DNA of 64,000 bases from a virus, in the IMG/VR virus record IMGVR_UViG_3300022752_000043. One strand, 5' to 3'. Position numbers and translations under genes: made by a program. The notes below the pieces were generated by a model. It had not been told where the DNA came from and searched no databases. It worked only from the letters and a program-made list of their open reading frames with translations. How positions within the stretch are numbered: the stretch's first letter is position 1; each line of letters opens with the position of its first letter. Below are positions 27,997 to 38,600 of the stretch, one piece after another.

Positions 27997-28233
27997 TTAC
28001 TTCGTCTTTTTAGTTGTCTTCTTTGTGGCCGGCTTTTTAGCTGCCTTTTTAACAGAAGCGACTGCTGTATCAACAGCTTGCTCTGCGGACTTAGCAACTT
28101 CGTCAGCAGCCTTTTTGGCAGAAACACTTACGTCTTGTGCTGCCTTTTGTACGGCGTCAGCAACTGCTGACTTAAGTACAACAACTTCTGGCTTACCTAA
28201 TAGCTTTTTAAGTGATGATAATAGTTTTTTCAT
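27997..28233 (-). CDS. Histone-H1-like Lys/Ala-rich protein
   Basis: C-terminus SVKKAAKKPATKKTTKKTK. Confidence 0.55.
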   Translation of the reverse strand: MKKLLSSLKKLLGKPEVVVLKSAVADAVQKAAQDVSVSAKKAADEVAKSAEQAVDTAVASVKKAAKKPATKKTTKKTK

Positions 28234-28299
28234 GTTTGTACCTCTTTATTTTAAATTGAGTATGTTTATATAGTATCGGTTAAATAGATAAAATGCAAA

Positions 28300-28617
28300 T
28301 TATCTACCCTGCTGAGCGTCTTTAATGAGATTATATCTTTCTGCTGTTTCCCTGGACGCTAGCGCAAACGTTTGAGCGGCGGCTTCTTTAACAGCTTCAG
28401 AAAAAGCTTCTATATTTTTAGGATCTGCGCCCTCTAATCCGACAGTCAAACAAACAAGAACATCTACGTTTTCAAAGTTTCCTGTGTTAATTTTTCTACC
28501 AACTGCTACAGTCATGACTGGTTCTGTTTTAACGGTTAGCTTTTGATGAGTTGAGACTACTGCATCCATGGTCGGTGAAACTGACTGCTCTAAGGCGCTT
28601 TCGGTAATTTTTGGCAT
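28300..28617 (-). CDS. Hypothetical protein
   Basis: ORF track. Confidence 0.5.
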   Translation of the reverse strand: MPKITESALEQSVSPTMDAVVSTHQKLTVKTEPVMTVAVGRKINTGNFENVDVLVCLTVGLEGADPKNIEAFSEAVKEAAAQTFALASRETAERYNLIKDAQQGR

Positions 28618-28619
28618 AT

Positions 28620-29411
28620 TTATACTCCTACTTTTTCTAGAATGTTTGCTATAAGATTTAATGTACTTGAAGATTGCTCCTCAAGAGACATGCCATCTGT
28701 ATTCAAAACATACGTTGCTTTTTGTTTTATTACATCTATCTGTTTTTCTGAATGATGATTTTTTTGTTCCTCAGAAAGAGGTTTACCATCTCTTTTGATA
28801 ATTCTATCATTTAAAGTTTCGTCTGAGGCATCAAATACTATCACAATTCCATTTGGCTGTTTTAAAATAGAATCAGCTTCGTTTTCAAATCTTACGTCAG
28901 AAATAATAACTGCGAACGGTAATTGCTCACTATCTTCTGGTAGTGCCGAAATATATTGTCGATGCATTTTTACAGATTTCATTATGGCCCAGTCTGAAAA
29001 ACACGTTGCTCTATGCGATCTGCATATGTCTCCAACTTTTTGGAGAAAGTTTCTTGGCTTTATCCCCTCTGGTTCTATCGGAAGAGATTCGATTTCAAAT
29101 ACCATCTGTACTAAATCTTTATAGTCTGGCACAAAACCTATCGGGGATCCACCATAAAGATCATACAAAACGTTATGAATTGCATACAGTCTTCTTGACT
29201 GTTCGTTTAACCCTTTTGTATTCTTTTTTATTGAGGCAAGTTCGTACAGCGGTAGTGCGTAGAAAATATGCTGCCACACAATAGATGACGAGGTAGAAGA
29301 AACCATCGAGCCCTTGGGGCATATCGATTCGGCAACGGATGTTTTTCCACTACCAGCTTTTCCTGCTAGACCAATAACGATTGGATAATTTTCTTTGTAT
29401 GAAATTGTCAT
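28620..29411 (-). CDS. Deoxynucleoside monophosphate kinase-like P-loop kinase
   Basis: IVIGLAGKAGSGKTSVAESI; VIISDVRFENEAD. Confidence 0.7.
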   Translation of the reverse strand: MTISYKENYPIVIGLAGKAGSGKTSVAESICPKGSMVSSTSSSIVWQHIFYALPLYELASIKKNTKGLNEQSRRLYAIHNVLYDLYGGSPIGFVPDYKDLVQMVFEIESLPIEPEGIKPRNFLQKVGDICRSHRATCFSDWAIMKSVKMHRQYISALPEDSEQLPFAVIISDVRFENEADSILKQPNGIVIVFDASDETLNDRIIKRDGKPLSEEQKNHHSEKQIDVIKQKATYVLNTDGMSLEEQSSSTLNLIANILEKVGV

Positions 29412-29423
29412 GACATGATTATA

Positions 29424-29858
29424 TCATATTTTTTTATGCTTTTGCTTTTTCTCTTCCAGTTTATCCAGAAATTGATTGCATAGTTCGTCAGGCTCCCAAA
29501 CAAAACTTCTTTCAACTTGAACAACCTTAAAATTAAACTCTTCTCTTATATCTTCAATGGTCATAAGCAGTGGAAGTAGTGAGTTATTTCTACACTTCCA
29601 TTTGCCATTTATTTGATTTGCAACAACTGCTGAATCTGTATAGATAATTGGATCATAAAAATCGGACATAGAACATATTAAAAGCGCAGATATAACAGCC
29701 TCAAATTCTGCTTCATTATTGGTTCTTAAACCAAGACCTCTGGCGAACTGAGCTACTTTTTTTCTATTCTTATAAACTATAGCGGCACACGATGCTTCGC
29801 CAATTCTTTTTTGGCCTTGCCCCCTAGAGGCACCGTCGCAGAATACTTCTATATTCAC
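29424..29858 (-). CDS. Ribonuclease HI-like protein
   Basis: FCDGASRGQG...NNEAEFEAVISAL...IYTDSAVVANQINGKWK. Confidence 0.75.
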   Translation of the reverse strand: MNIEVFCDGASRGQGQKRIGEASCAAIVYKNRKKVAQFARGLGLRTNNEAEFEAVISALLICSMSDFYDPIIYTDSAVVANQINGKWKCRNNSLLPLLMTIEDIREEFNFKVVQVERSFVWEPDELCNQFLDKLEEKKQKHKKI

Positions 29859-30072
29859 TGCTCTATATCTTTACGTTTGTCTTAATGCCGTACTGCTTTG
29901 CTCTTGACTGAAGGTTTTTTAGTTGCTTTGGCGTGCTAACCATGTGCGTAGCAAAGAGGGAATATCTTTCTTTTTTATAAGAAATTTGAGTAGGAAAGTC
30001 TAGATCTTTTCTTTGTTCTGAAAAAAATTCGTTAGCAGAATTAACTGCTTTATAATGACCTATATACATTCT

Positions 30073-30588
30073 CTAATACGTCCTAAAATCTTTTTCGTTA
30101 TAAAAGCCTTTTTCTTCCCTTGCTGTGGCTATCTGCATTGACTGAACTTTATCTATCAATTTTCTAGCTGATTCAGAAGCTATTCGAGCAGCGGACTCCA
30201 TTGATTCAGCCAGGCTCACTATAGACTCAGCCGTCACCAAGGCGGTATATTCGCTTTCTGCTGCCCCTAACGCGTTTGCTTCTCTTTCTGCCTCATTTTT
30301 ACCCACTCTATTTGCCTTATAAACTCTCTTGTATGATCCCTCTATTAGCTTATATTGGGCTCTGGCCATCCCGGCAAATCTTGCTATTCTTCCATAAACG
30401 TTAGAGGTTCTAGCGACCAGGGAGGCTAACTCGTGTATACCAAGATCTAGCGTATTTATATCTGGTATTGTAATAAAATACTCAGAGTCTTTTTGTCCTG
30501 ATGCGTAAGCGGTCACAATTTCCTGAATTTGTGGGTCTATAAATTCCCTAAGAAGCTCATTGAGTTTTTGCATTGTGTGTATATTCAT
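30073..30588 (-). CDS. Hypothetical coiled-coil protein
   Basis: ORF track. Confidence 0.5.
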   Translation of the reverse strand: MNIHTMQKLNELLREFIDPQIQEIVTAYASGQKDSEYFITIPDINTLDLGIHELASLVARTSNVYGRIARFAGMARAQYKLIEGSYKRVYKANRVGKNEAEREANALGAAESEYTALVTAESIVSLAESMESAARIASESARKLIDKVQSMQIATAREEKGFYNEKDFRTY

Positions 30589-30593
30589 GACAC

Positions 30594-31466
30594 CTACTTC
30601 ATATCTAGGAAATTTATTACATCTTCCATCTTAGATTCTACCACAATTCGAAGTATTTTATCTCTTGTTTTTGATAAATGTTCTCTAACAGTATTCGGAT
30701 GTTCTGAAATTTTTTCACTTATTTGACTTGACCTCAAGCCATCTATGTATCTCCACTTTAACAGCTGTCTTTCTTGAACCGTTAAACTTGAAAATGGTTC
30801 TGCGCAGCTTTCTCCAAGAATCCAAAATTCATTTATTTCTTCTGTGGCTAAGAATTCATGCATGTCTTTTTCTTCTGGTGGCGCCTTAAAGCCAACCTGT
30901 CTTTGCTGTTCATCCTTATCTTCAGAAGACTCATCGGATAAAAGTGGGAAACTCTTTCTTCCCAATTGATCTATTAAAAATGTATCCACATTTTTCTTTA
31001 GCAAGTAAAAAAAATAACTATACAAAAATCCGACTAAAAGGTATGGGTCCTTTTTCAGAGTCTTTTCTTTGGTATCTTGCAATGCACTGGAAAAATGTCA
31101 TATCGACTGTTTGTCTAACATCCTGCTCATCGCCGGTATCTTTTTGCCATATATGTTATGCCGTCTCAACACTTCGTTTACATGTTTATAGCCAGCCATA
31201 TTTAATTTATTTTTTAACAGAGCAAATCTGACGTATGAATCTTTAACGAAAAGGGAAGTAAACCTTCTTATGTCATAGTCATTAAGATTATACTTACCGT
31301 AGTACAACATTGTCGTATACTTGGTCAAAAAGTTATTAAATACTTTTATAAGTTCTTTCTGCGATCTTTGGTTGCCAGACTTAGCTTCTGCTATTAGCTG
31401 TTGCATTTCTTCTTCAGCCAAATTGTAATATTGTTCCTTATACGATCCCATTACTTTCCTTCCCAA
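30594..31466 (-). CDS. Phage sigma-factor-like protein, about 289 aa, requires three quadruplets (CGGC 31163, CGGC 31135, CGGA 31032)
   Basis: Reading: HVNEVLR[G]ITYMAKRY[G]DEQDVRQTVDMTFFQCIARYQRKDSEKGPIPFS[G]FLYSYFFYLLKK...LTVQERQLLKWRYIDGLRSSQISEKISEHPNTVREHLSKTRDKI; three +1 shifts return exactly to the starting frame. Confidence 0.85.
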
Positions 31467-32006
31467 TTCAAAATTTTGTCTGCGTAAAAGGATCTGATAT
31501 CTTCGTAAAAAATAATATTTTTTATTCCCAACTCTTTTGCAAAGTCTTTTGCGTCTGAATTAAATTTGCTTATAACAAAAACTAAATTGTTAAATTCTTT
31601 TTCGTAATATCTTTTAAATCTTTTTAGTTTTATTTTGCTTTTTGGATCAAGAAAACCTTTTACTTCTACCCAAATATTTTTTTCTTTAATATAAAAATCT
31701 GGAGTATATGCTTTTGTTCCCCTTTTAATTGGAAACGCAAACACAGTTGGTTCAAATTCAAAATCAATATCATACAACTTTAGTATTCTAGCAAAGTTGG
31801 CTTCCCAGTTAGACCTTAAAACCAGACCAATGTCTTCTCGATACCCGGTTTTAGTGTGCTGATAGACGTTGCCTTTTCCACCGCTTTGCTGCTATAGTTG
31901 TTTCGTCAATAGTATAGTTCTTTAGCAGTGGACGGTTTAAAACAGGATGTTTTTTAAGACCAGAAATTTCCAAAAAAAATTCTTCTGGGATGTTGTTTTT
32001 GACCAT
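31451..32006 (-). CDS. Endonuclease-like protein (Vsr/DUF559-like), requires CGGT at 31883-31880
   Basis: MVKNNIPEEFFLEISGLKKHPVLNRPLLKNYTIDETTIAAK[G]GKGNVYQHTKTGYREDIGLVLRSNWEANFARILKLYDI...YTPDFYIKEKNIWVEVKG. Confidence 0.85.
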
Positions 32007-32092
32007 GTATCTGCTATCCTATATGCGTAACCTATTCCTAGTCCATTATAATTTATAAACCATCAACAAATCAAATAATCAAGGAGAATAAT

Positions 32093-32263
32093 ATGACAAA
32101 CAAGCTAGATACCCTCATCGACAGCCTTCTTATCGAGGTCAACGAAGAGATTATTACCAACCTCAGCACAATGGGCTATTCGCGTGACGAGGCAACAAAG
32201 GTTGTTGCGGAGTTCGGTGAGTTCGACCTTGCTGCTGCAGCTGCTGCTGAACCAGCTAGCTTC
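32093..32263 (+). CDS. Small acidic protein with UBA-like sequence
   Basis: AAGGAG then ATG; MTNKLDTLIDSLLIEVNEEIITNLSTMGYSRDEATKVVAEFGEFDLAAAAAEPASF, on plus strand inside the minus-strand block. Confidence 0.6.
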
Positions 32264-32280
32264 TAATTAATTTCACCCGT

Positions 32281-32322
32281 CTGGGGTGGGAGCCGAAACA
32301 TGGCTCCTGCCCCAGATTTTTT
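32281..32322 (+). terminator. Rho-independent terminator
   Basis: CTGGGGTGGGAGCC-gaaacat-GGCTCCTGCCCCAG followed by TTTTTTTT. Confidence 0.85.
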
Positions 32323-33130
32323 TTATGCCTTAGCGTGTTTTCTTAATCTAAATGCTCCAGTACCGCAGGCTCCAGACTTAGCAAAATCGCAGTACGTGCA
32401 TGCTCTTTCGTTCTTTGTTGGATGAAAGAATGTGTCTTCGGTAATTTTGTTTATTTCTTTAAGTAGATTTTCTTTTACATTCTCCAGATCTTCTCTTGTA
32501 AAAAGATGACCCTTTCTCCTACCCGATCTTAGGTAATATAGCTCTGCGTGTATATTTTTATCTGGAAACTGCTGAGAAACAGCCAGCGCGTAAATGCCCA
32601 ACTGTAGGTTATTAGCGATGTCTTTTTGCGCAACTTCCCACTTGCCAGTTTTATAATCTATAATTTTTAAAGTATTTTCATCAACAACATCAATCCTGTC
32701 TATGTATCCCAGTATTGAGTAGCTGCCTATGATAAATTTAAATTCGTATTCTTTATCATATACATCAAATGTTGATTCACCATACTGATCAAAAAATTCA
32801 TTTAAAATAGTTGTACCAACACCAACTAATTCTGGGCCAACTATTTTGGTTGGGTCTTGTTTTTGTGCGTGCTCTTGATAGGATTCAACTAACTTAGAAT
32901 GATCTAATTTTTCTTCCCTAGAAACATTGTCTTCTAAAACAGAATGTATGATATTTCCGAAGAAGCGCCGCGTCATTTGGCTTACGAGGCTCTTTTTGAA
33001 TATAGCTATAAAAATATTTTGATGGGCAGGATTTATATGTATCTATTCTTGAATAAGAAAAATCTGTTAAAGAGAGCCTTTCAAGCGGAGACAACTCAGA
33101 TATAGATTTAATTTTTATACTCATCATCAT
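32323..33130 (-). CDS. PD-(D/E)XK (RecB/Cas4-like) nuclease, requires CGGA at 32959-32956
   Basis: SYSRIDTYKSCPSKYFYSYIQKEPRKPNDAALL[G]NIIHSVLEDN...YIDRIDVVDENTLKIIDYKTGK...CTYCDFAKSGACG. Confidence 0.9.
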
Positions 33131-33261
33131 CTCCTACATTTTGAAGAAAAACACCATTTTCGTCATATTCATTACCACTTTCATCTATAAAGTGGCCACT
33201 ATATATATTTTTATATCCGCCGTTCACCCACCGGAACCCATCCAGAGGTTCCTATTTCCAT
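33108..33261 (-). CDS. Hidden 50-aa acidic protein recovered only with CGGC quadruplet at 33222-33219
   Basis: MEIGTSGWVPVGE[G]GYKNIYSGHFIDESGNEYDENGVFLQNVGDDDEYKN*. Confidence 0.65.
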
Positions 33262-33274
33262 ATGATCATCTTCA

Positions 33275-33517
33275 TTATACGGCCAGCTCATCAGAATCCT
33301 CCATCAAATCATCTGCTCCTCCGGTTAAGGAAACAACAGTATTATTTATTGCTTCTATATTATAATAGTAGTTTAATAGACAATATAAACTATACAGCTC
33401 TTCCTCGCTAGCATAAAAGCCAGCTATCCCGCATTGAACAAAAAAACTGTCTGCGTTTTCATATTCAATTAAAGTCAAATTTTTATAAAGAACTCTACCC
33501 ACTTCTTTTCTTAACAT
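33275..33517 (-). CDS. Hypothetical protein
   Basis: ORF track. Confidence 0.5.
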   Translation of the reverse strand: MLRKEVGRVLYKNLTLIEYENADSFFVQCGIAGFYASEEELYSLYCLLNYYYNIEAINNTVVSLTGGADDLMEDSDELAV

Positions 33518-33519
33518 AA

Positions 33520-33888
33520 TTAATCTTCCTCGACTATTGTTATTGGATTAAAGTTTGGATCATCCAGTTTTTCACGCATATCGTTTACATACGAATCCCA
33601 GTCTCTTTCATCTTGGGATTTCTTTTCGTATTGCACAGTCCCCTTAAAAGGATTAGATTTAAATCTTGTAATAATTAATCTACCCTCTTGAGTTCTCCAG
33701 CGAAGAACGCCGTTTTTGCAGTCGCAGAAATCATCAGGGTGTGGATCAGTCCAACCCCTGGGATCATACCTACCACTACACGAATTGCACTTACTGTAGC
33801 GACCCTTATCTTGGCATCGATTGCACGACATGCAGAAGTTCCAGCATGGTTTTGTAGCTGGGTTTTGGTATGTTCCAGGTAGTGTCAT
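33520..33888 (-). CDS. Cys-rich protein
   Basis: CWNFCMSCNRCQDKGRYSKCNSCSGRYDPRGW. Confidence 0.5.
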   Translation of the reverse strand: MTLPGTYQNPATKPCWNFCMSCNRCQDKGRYSKCNSCSGRYDPRGWTDPHPDDFCDCKNGVLRWRTQEGRLIITRFKSNPFKGTVQYEKKSQDERDWDSYVNDMREKLDDPNFNPITIVEED

Positions 33889-33889
33889 A

Positions 33890-36800
33890 TTATCTCCAGT
33901 TGTTTGCTAGTTGCTTGATTTGATCTTGGATTTTTAGTGAAGTTGTCTTCTTAAAGCGAAAGGTTACTTTTTTATTATTTTCCATATAAGAAAGAAAAAC
34001 ATTAATTGGTCCGTTTATTGGTTCAATTATATCATAAACACCTTTAACCAACTCCATACTTGGGGCTTCAGGAAAAGACAATACTATAGACTGAGTTCCA
34101 ATAGCTCTGGAAGTGTCTACTTTTTCTATAGAATTAAAAAATAGTTTAACAATAGAAGTTTCTTCTTCGTTTTCTTTATTGATTGAACCAGTGACAATAA
34201 CAATATCGCCTTCTGTAAAAAAATCATCAGACAAGGATTTTGCTTCTCTTGGAAAAACAACAACCTCTATTTCGCCAGTCAAATCTTCTACTGTAAACTT
34301 AAACATTCTCTGGCCTTTTTTGGTAATAATTTTTTTAACCGAAGTAATAATTCCACCTATTTTATGGTTTGAACCACTTGACATTTCATAAGCGTCTTGT
34401 ATTTCAACAGTTACGTCTTTAGAAAGAAAATCCCACATACCCTCAATCGGATGCTTGGACACATAAATACCTAGCTCTTGTTTTTCTTTTTCCAAAAGAT
34501 CAAGTTCATATTTTCTTGTAATATCAAATTCATCTTGGATATCGATTAATTCGTCAAGAGCGCCTGCTTTGGCAAAGTGTTCGAGTGTTGATTTTTTTAA
34601 TATAGACGTATCTGTTCTCCTAAAAAAATCATAAATATTTTTATATGGTTTATCTTTTGCTCTGACCTCCATTAGCGCTTCCGCTATCGATTCGCCAATG
34701 CCATTAATCGCAGAAAGGCCAAAGATAATAGTATTATCGTCAATAACTTCAAAGTCTTTTCCTGATTTATTAATTGAAGGCGGTAGCACCGTAATGCCGA
34801 GCTTTTTGCAGTCTGCTAAATAAGAAGCTAATTTTTCTTTATTGCCAACGACAGAAGACATAAGGGCAGCCATATACTCTGCAGTATAATGAGTCTTTAG
34901 ATACGCAGTTATATAAGAAACCATGGCGTAACTTGCGGCGTGCGCTCTATTAAACCCGTATCCGCCAAAGTACTCAATGTCTGAATAGATTTTATTTGCT
35001 ATACTTTTTCCTAAACCAGAATGACTTTCGCATCCTTTAACAAATTTTTCTCTAAAAAGAGCTATCTTATCCATTAACTTTTTACCGATAACTTTTCTAA
35101 GATCGTCTGCTTCTGCCGAGCTAAACCCAGCTAACTCTCTAGAAACACCCAAAACATCTTCTTGATACAGCATGATGCCAAGAGACGGACCTAGGACTTT
35201 CTCTAACTTAGGATGATCATATGCTATTTCGGATCTTCCATGTCTTCTATCGATATACAGCTTATCCATTCCGGAACCCATAGGGCCAGGTCGATAAAGT
35301 GATATAAGCGCCATGATATCCTCAATGTTACGAGGCTGAAGCTGAACCATTAGTTGGCGCATACCAGCAGACTCGAGCTGAAAGACTCCCATAGCTTGAC
35401 CCTTAGAAAGAAGATCGTATGTTTTTTTATCATCAATTGGAATTTTATTAACATCTATTTTAATATTCTTTTTTGAATTAACTAATTTAATACAAGTGTC
35501 TATTACTCCTAGATTTCTTAAACCAAGAAAATCTATTTTTAGTAGACCGCATTGTTCTACCCTACCCATATCCCACTGGGTAACAACTGGCTTATCAACA
35601 CCCTTCTGCATTATGGGCAGATAATCCACTAAGGCGTTGCGAGAAATAACTACTCCAGCGGCGTGTATTCCAGTTTGCCTCACTAAATTTTCGAGACCAA
35701 ATGCGGCGTCAATAATCTCTTTAGCTTGCGCGTCTTTTGAATAAAGGGAAGAAAATTCTTGAACTTCCATACACTCGTTTAAATTTTTAGAAACCCCAAG
35801 AACTGGTGGTGGAATAAGTTTCGCTACTTTATCTCCAGAAGAAAAATCATAACCCAAAGCCCTGGCCGCATCTCTGATTGACTGCCTTGCTCCAGTTCTA
35901 TTAAATGTACATATATGAGCTACTCTATCACTGCCGTACTTCAATCTGGCATATTCTATAACCTTATCTCTATGCCTATCGTCAAAGTCTAGATCGATAT
36001 CTGGCATTGATTTTCTACCTTCAACCAAGAATCTTTCAAATAACAAACCAAATTTAATAGGATCTAAATTAGTTATATCAAATGCATATGATAGAACGCT
36101 ACCAGCAGCAGATCCTCTTCCCCATCCAACTCTAATGTCGTTTGACTTTGCCCACCTAACTAAATCTGAAACAACTAAAAAGTATTCAGGAAAACCCATT
36201 TCTTTTACAACTTTAATTTCATGTTCTGCTCTTTTTGCAACAATCTCAGGGATTGGATTACCGTATCTATTTTCTAATCCTTCCCAAGCAAGACGTTCAA
36301 AATACTCGGTTGAAGACTCTTTTGTAGGAATGGGAAAATTGGGAAAATGTATTTCTCCAAACTTTAAATTTACATCTACCATATCACAAACTGACATTGT
36401 ATTTTTTAACCACTCGGCTTCAAAGAGTGATTCCATTTCTTGATATGATTTTAGGTAAAAGTTATCTCCAGAAAAAGAAAACCTATCTGGAGTATGTATG
36501 GTGGAGTTTGTAGCGACACATAACATAACGTCATGTGCCCTTGCATCATGCTGGTGGACATAATGGCAGTCGCCAGTTGGAACTATCTTTGCACCAATGG
36601 CCTTTGCTATTTCAACTAATTGGTTTGAAATTTTTCTTTGTTCAGTAAGGCCATGATTTTGTATTTCAATAAAATAATTTTCTTTTCCGACTATACTCTG
36701 CATTGCATAAGCGGATTCTAAAGCGAACTTGTAATCATTTCTTAGGAGAGCTTGACATATTTCGCTATTCAGACATCCGGACAGCACTATAATTCCATCG

Positions 36801-37217
36801 GCATGCTGGGATATTAAATCGTGATCTATTCTTGGTTTTACATAGTATCCCTCTAAAAAAGACCTAGATGACATTTTGATAATATTATGATAGCCAGAAT
36901 TATTTTTGGCTAGTATTGTCAAATGATACGGGCCTCTTTGTTCCCATTCATTTTTTGATGGACCAGATCTCTCTTCTTCATCTCTATCAAATCTGGTTTT
37001 TCTTGCTTGATAAAACTCACTTCCGAAGTATTGGCTTTACACCAGCTGACTTAGCTGCATCATAAAAATCAAGCCACGAATGTATATTGCCATGATCAGT
37101 AGTTGCCAAACCAGCCATGCCTAACTTTTTGGCTCTTTCAAGATACTTCTCTACATCTCCATGTCCGTCAAGCATTGAGAACACTGTGTGATTATGGAGA
37201 TTGGTCCAGTTTTTCAA
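33890..37217 (-). CDS. dnaE: DNA polymerase III alpha subunit, 1108 aa, requires CGGA at 37025-37022
   Basis: PHP domain WTNLHNHTVFSMLDGHG...LATTDHGNIHSWLDFYDAAKSAGVKPIL[G]SEFYQARKTRF... joined to VGWGRGSAAGSVLSYAF...MPDIDLDFDD...YRPGPM...FNRAHAASYAMVSY. Confidence 0.97.
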
Positions 37218-37411
37218 CTTATACCCCTTTGCCTTCTGATGTCATTAAGAACTTTATCTCTGTCTCTTTTATAGCAAACCACTACAACACCCTTACAATA
37301 CTTACATACGGGCGGAACTCCTGCCTGAGCAAATGGACTAGAAAACATAGATCTGTCGGACTGCTCAGTACCGCACTCAGTGCACAGTCCTATTACATCA
37401 TCACTCGACAT
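37214..37411 (-). CDS. Zinc-ribbon small protein
   Basis: LCTECGTEQ...PPVCKYCKG. Confidence 0.5.
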   Translation of the reverse strand: MSSDDVIGLCTECGTEQSDRSMFSSPFAQAGVPPVCKYCKGVVVVCYKRDRDKVLNDIRRQRGIS

Positions 37412-38600
37412 TATCTTTCCTTACTGTTTTATATGCGAATCTAACTGGTGACGGAGAGGATTTTTCATTTGTTTCTATAAACTTGTCGCCTATTTTAACC
37501 CACTTGTTTCTTTTTTCCAAAGAACAATTACCACATCCAACCCCAACTGAATTTGCTCTTTCGCACGTATATGGTCTGCCGCCAATCCCGAGTTCTCTTC
37601 TTCGTATCCAATCATTAATATGTGCCGTTGATTTCTCAAAGTTATAGTCATTGCAGTTACTTAATATTTCATGTAAATACTTAATTGAATCAATATTATA
37701 GGTTAGTATGGAGCACAAAAACAACCTAGCTTCATGCTCTAATTGCTTGTTATTAACAGCTTGCTCATGCAGCCTTTTTATTGACGGACAATTATTCCAA
37801 AGAGTTTCTTTTTCAAAAGACTTTTCTTTTTCGTTAAAAGCCTTTAACTTGCTTGATCCATACTTATTAAACGAATCTAAAAAATCCTTTGGTTTTGTTT
37901 TTTCTTCTTCCATCTGATATGTAAATTGCCTGTACCACTCATTAGCAGTGTAGGAAAAATCCTGATCTTGAACTGTGTTGTTTTGAAGAATCGAACAATA
38001 TTTTGTTATTGCTTCTATTCCAGAATCAAATATATTTTTTGGAATTAAATTCTTATATAAACCAGTTGATTGATGCTTGGAGCCAGGTAGACGCCACATT
38101 CTTCTCATATCGTAAACAGCAAAATCTAAAGACTCTATCAAATATTTTTCTTTTATTTTTGTAGCTATATATCTAAAAATTTTAGGTAACTCATTAGTTG
38201 GATTTATGCCAAGAGCGATAGCTTCACACTCAATATGAAAACCTTTTTTACCAGTAAAATACACAAGCACTGATTTTTCTGGTATATATTTTAATAAATA
38301 ATTATACAAAAACTTTACCTCTTGATAACATTTTTCTATATCCTCATTATCAAGATCAAAGTACAATGAACCTAAGCGTACTGCGTCTTCTATGGTTGTC
38401 GTATTATAGTGCCAAACAGAAGTGTACAAACCAGTATTATTATGATTATTTCTATATTGATCTATATTATAGTATTCATAAAACAATGGATTATCACCAG
38501 ACTTATCTCTAATAACCCTGTCTAAAGACGGAACATACCTAGCAACTTCTACATATTTCCACTGAGATAAAAACTTATCTTGATCTAAAGGTAACTTCAT
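37401..38600 (-). CDS. AEP-type (small-subunit-like) primase
   Basis: VRLGSLYFDLDNEDIEKC...VLVYFTGKKGFHIECEAIALG...FAVYDMRRMWRLPGSKHQSTGLYK. Confidence 0.6.
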   Translation of the reverse strand: MKLPLDQDKFLSQWKYVEVARYVPSLDRVIRDKSGDNPLFYEYYNIDQYRNNHNNTGLYTSVWHYNTTTIEDAVRLGSLYFDLDNEDIEKCYQEVKFLYNYLLKYIPEKSVLVYFTGKKGFHIECEAIALGINPTNELPKIFRYIATKIKEKYLIESLDFAVYDMRRMWRLPGSKHQSTGLYKNLIPKNIFDSGIEAITKYCSILQNNTVQDQDFSYTANEWYRQFTYQMEEEKTKPKDFLDSFNKYGSSKLKAFNEKEKSFEKETLWNNCPSIKRLHEQAVNNKQLEHEARLFLCSILTYNIDSIKYLHEILSNCNDYNFEKSTAHINDWIRRRELGIGGRPYTCERANSVGVGCGNCSLEKRNKWVKIGDKFIETNEKSSPSPVRFAYKTVRKDNVE

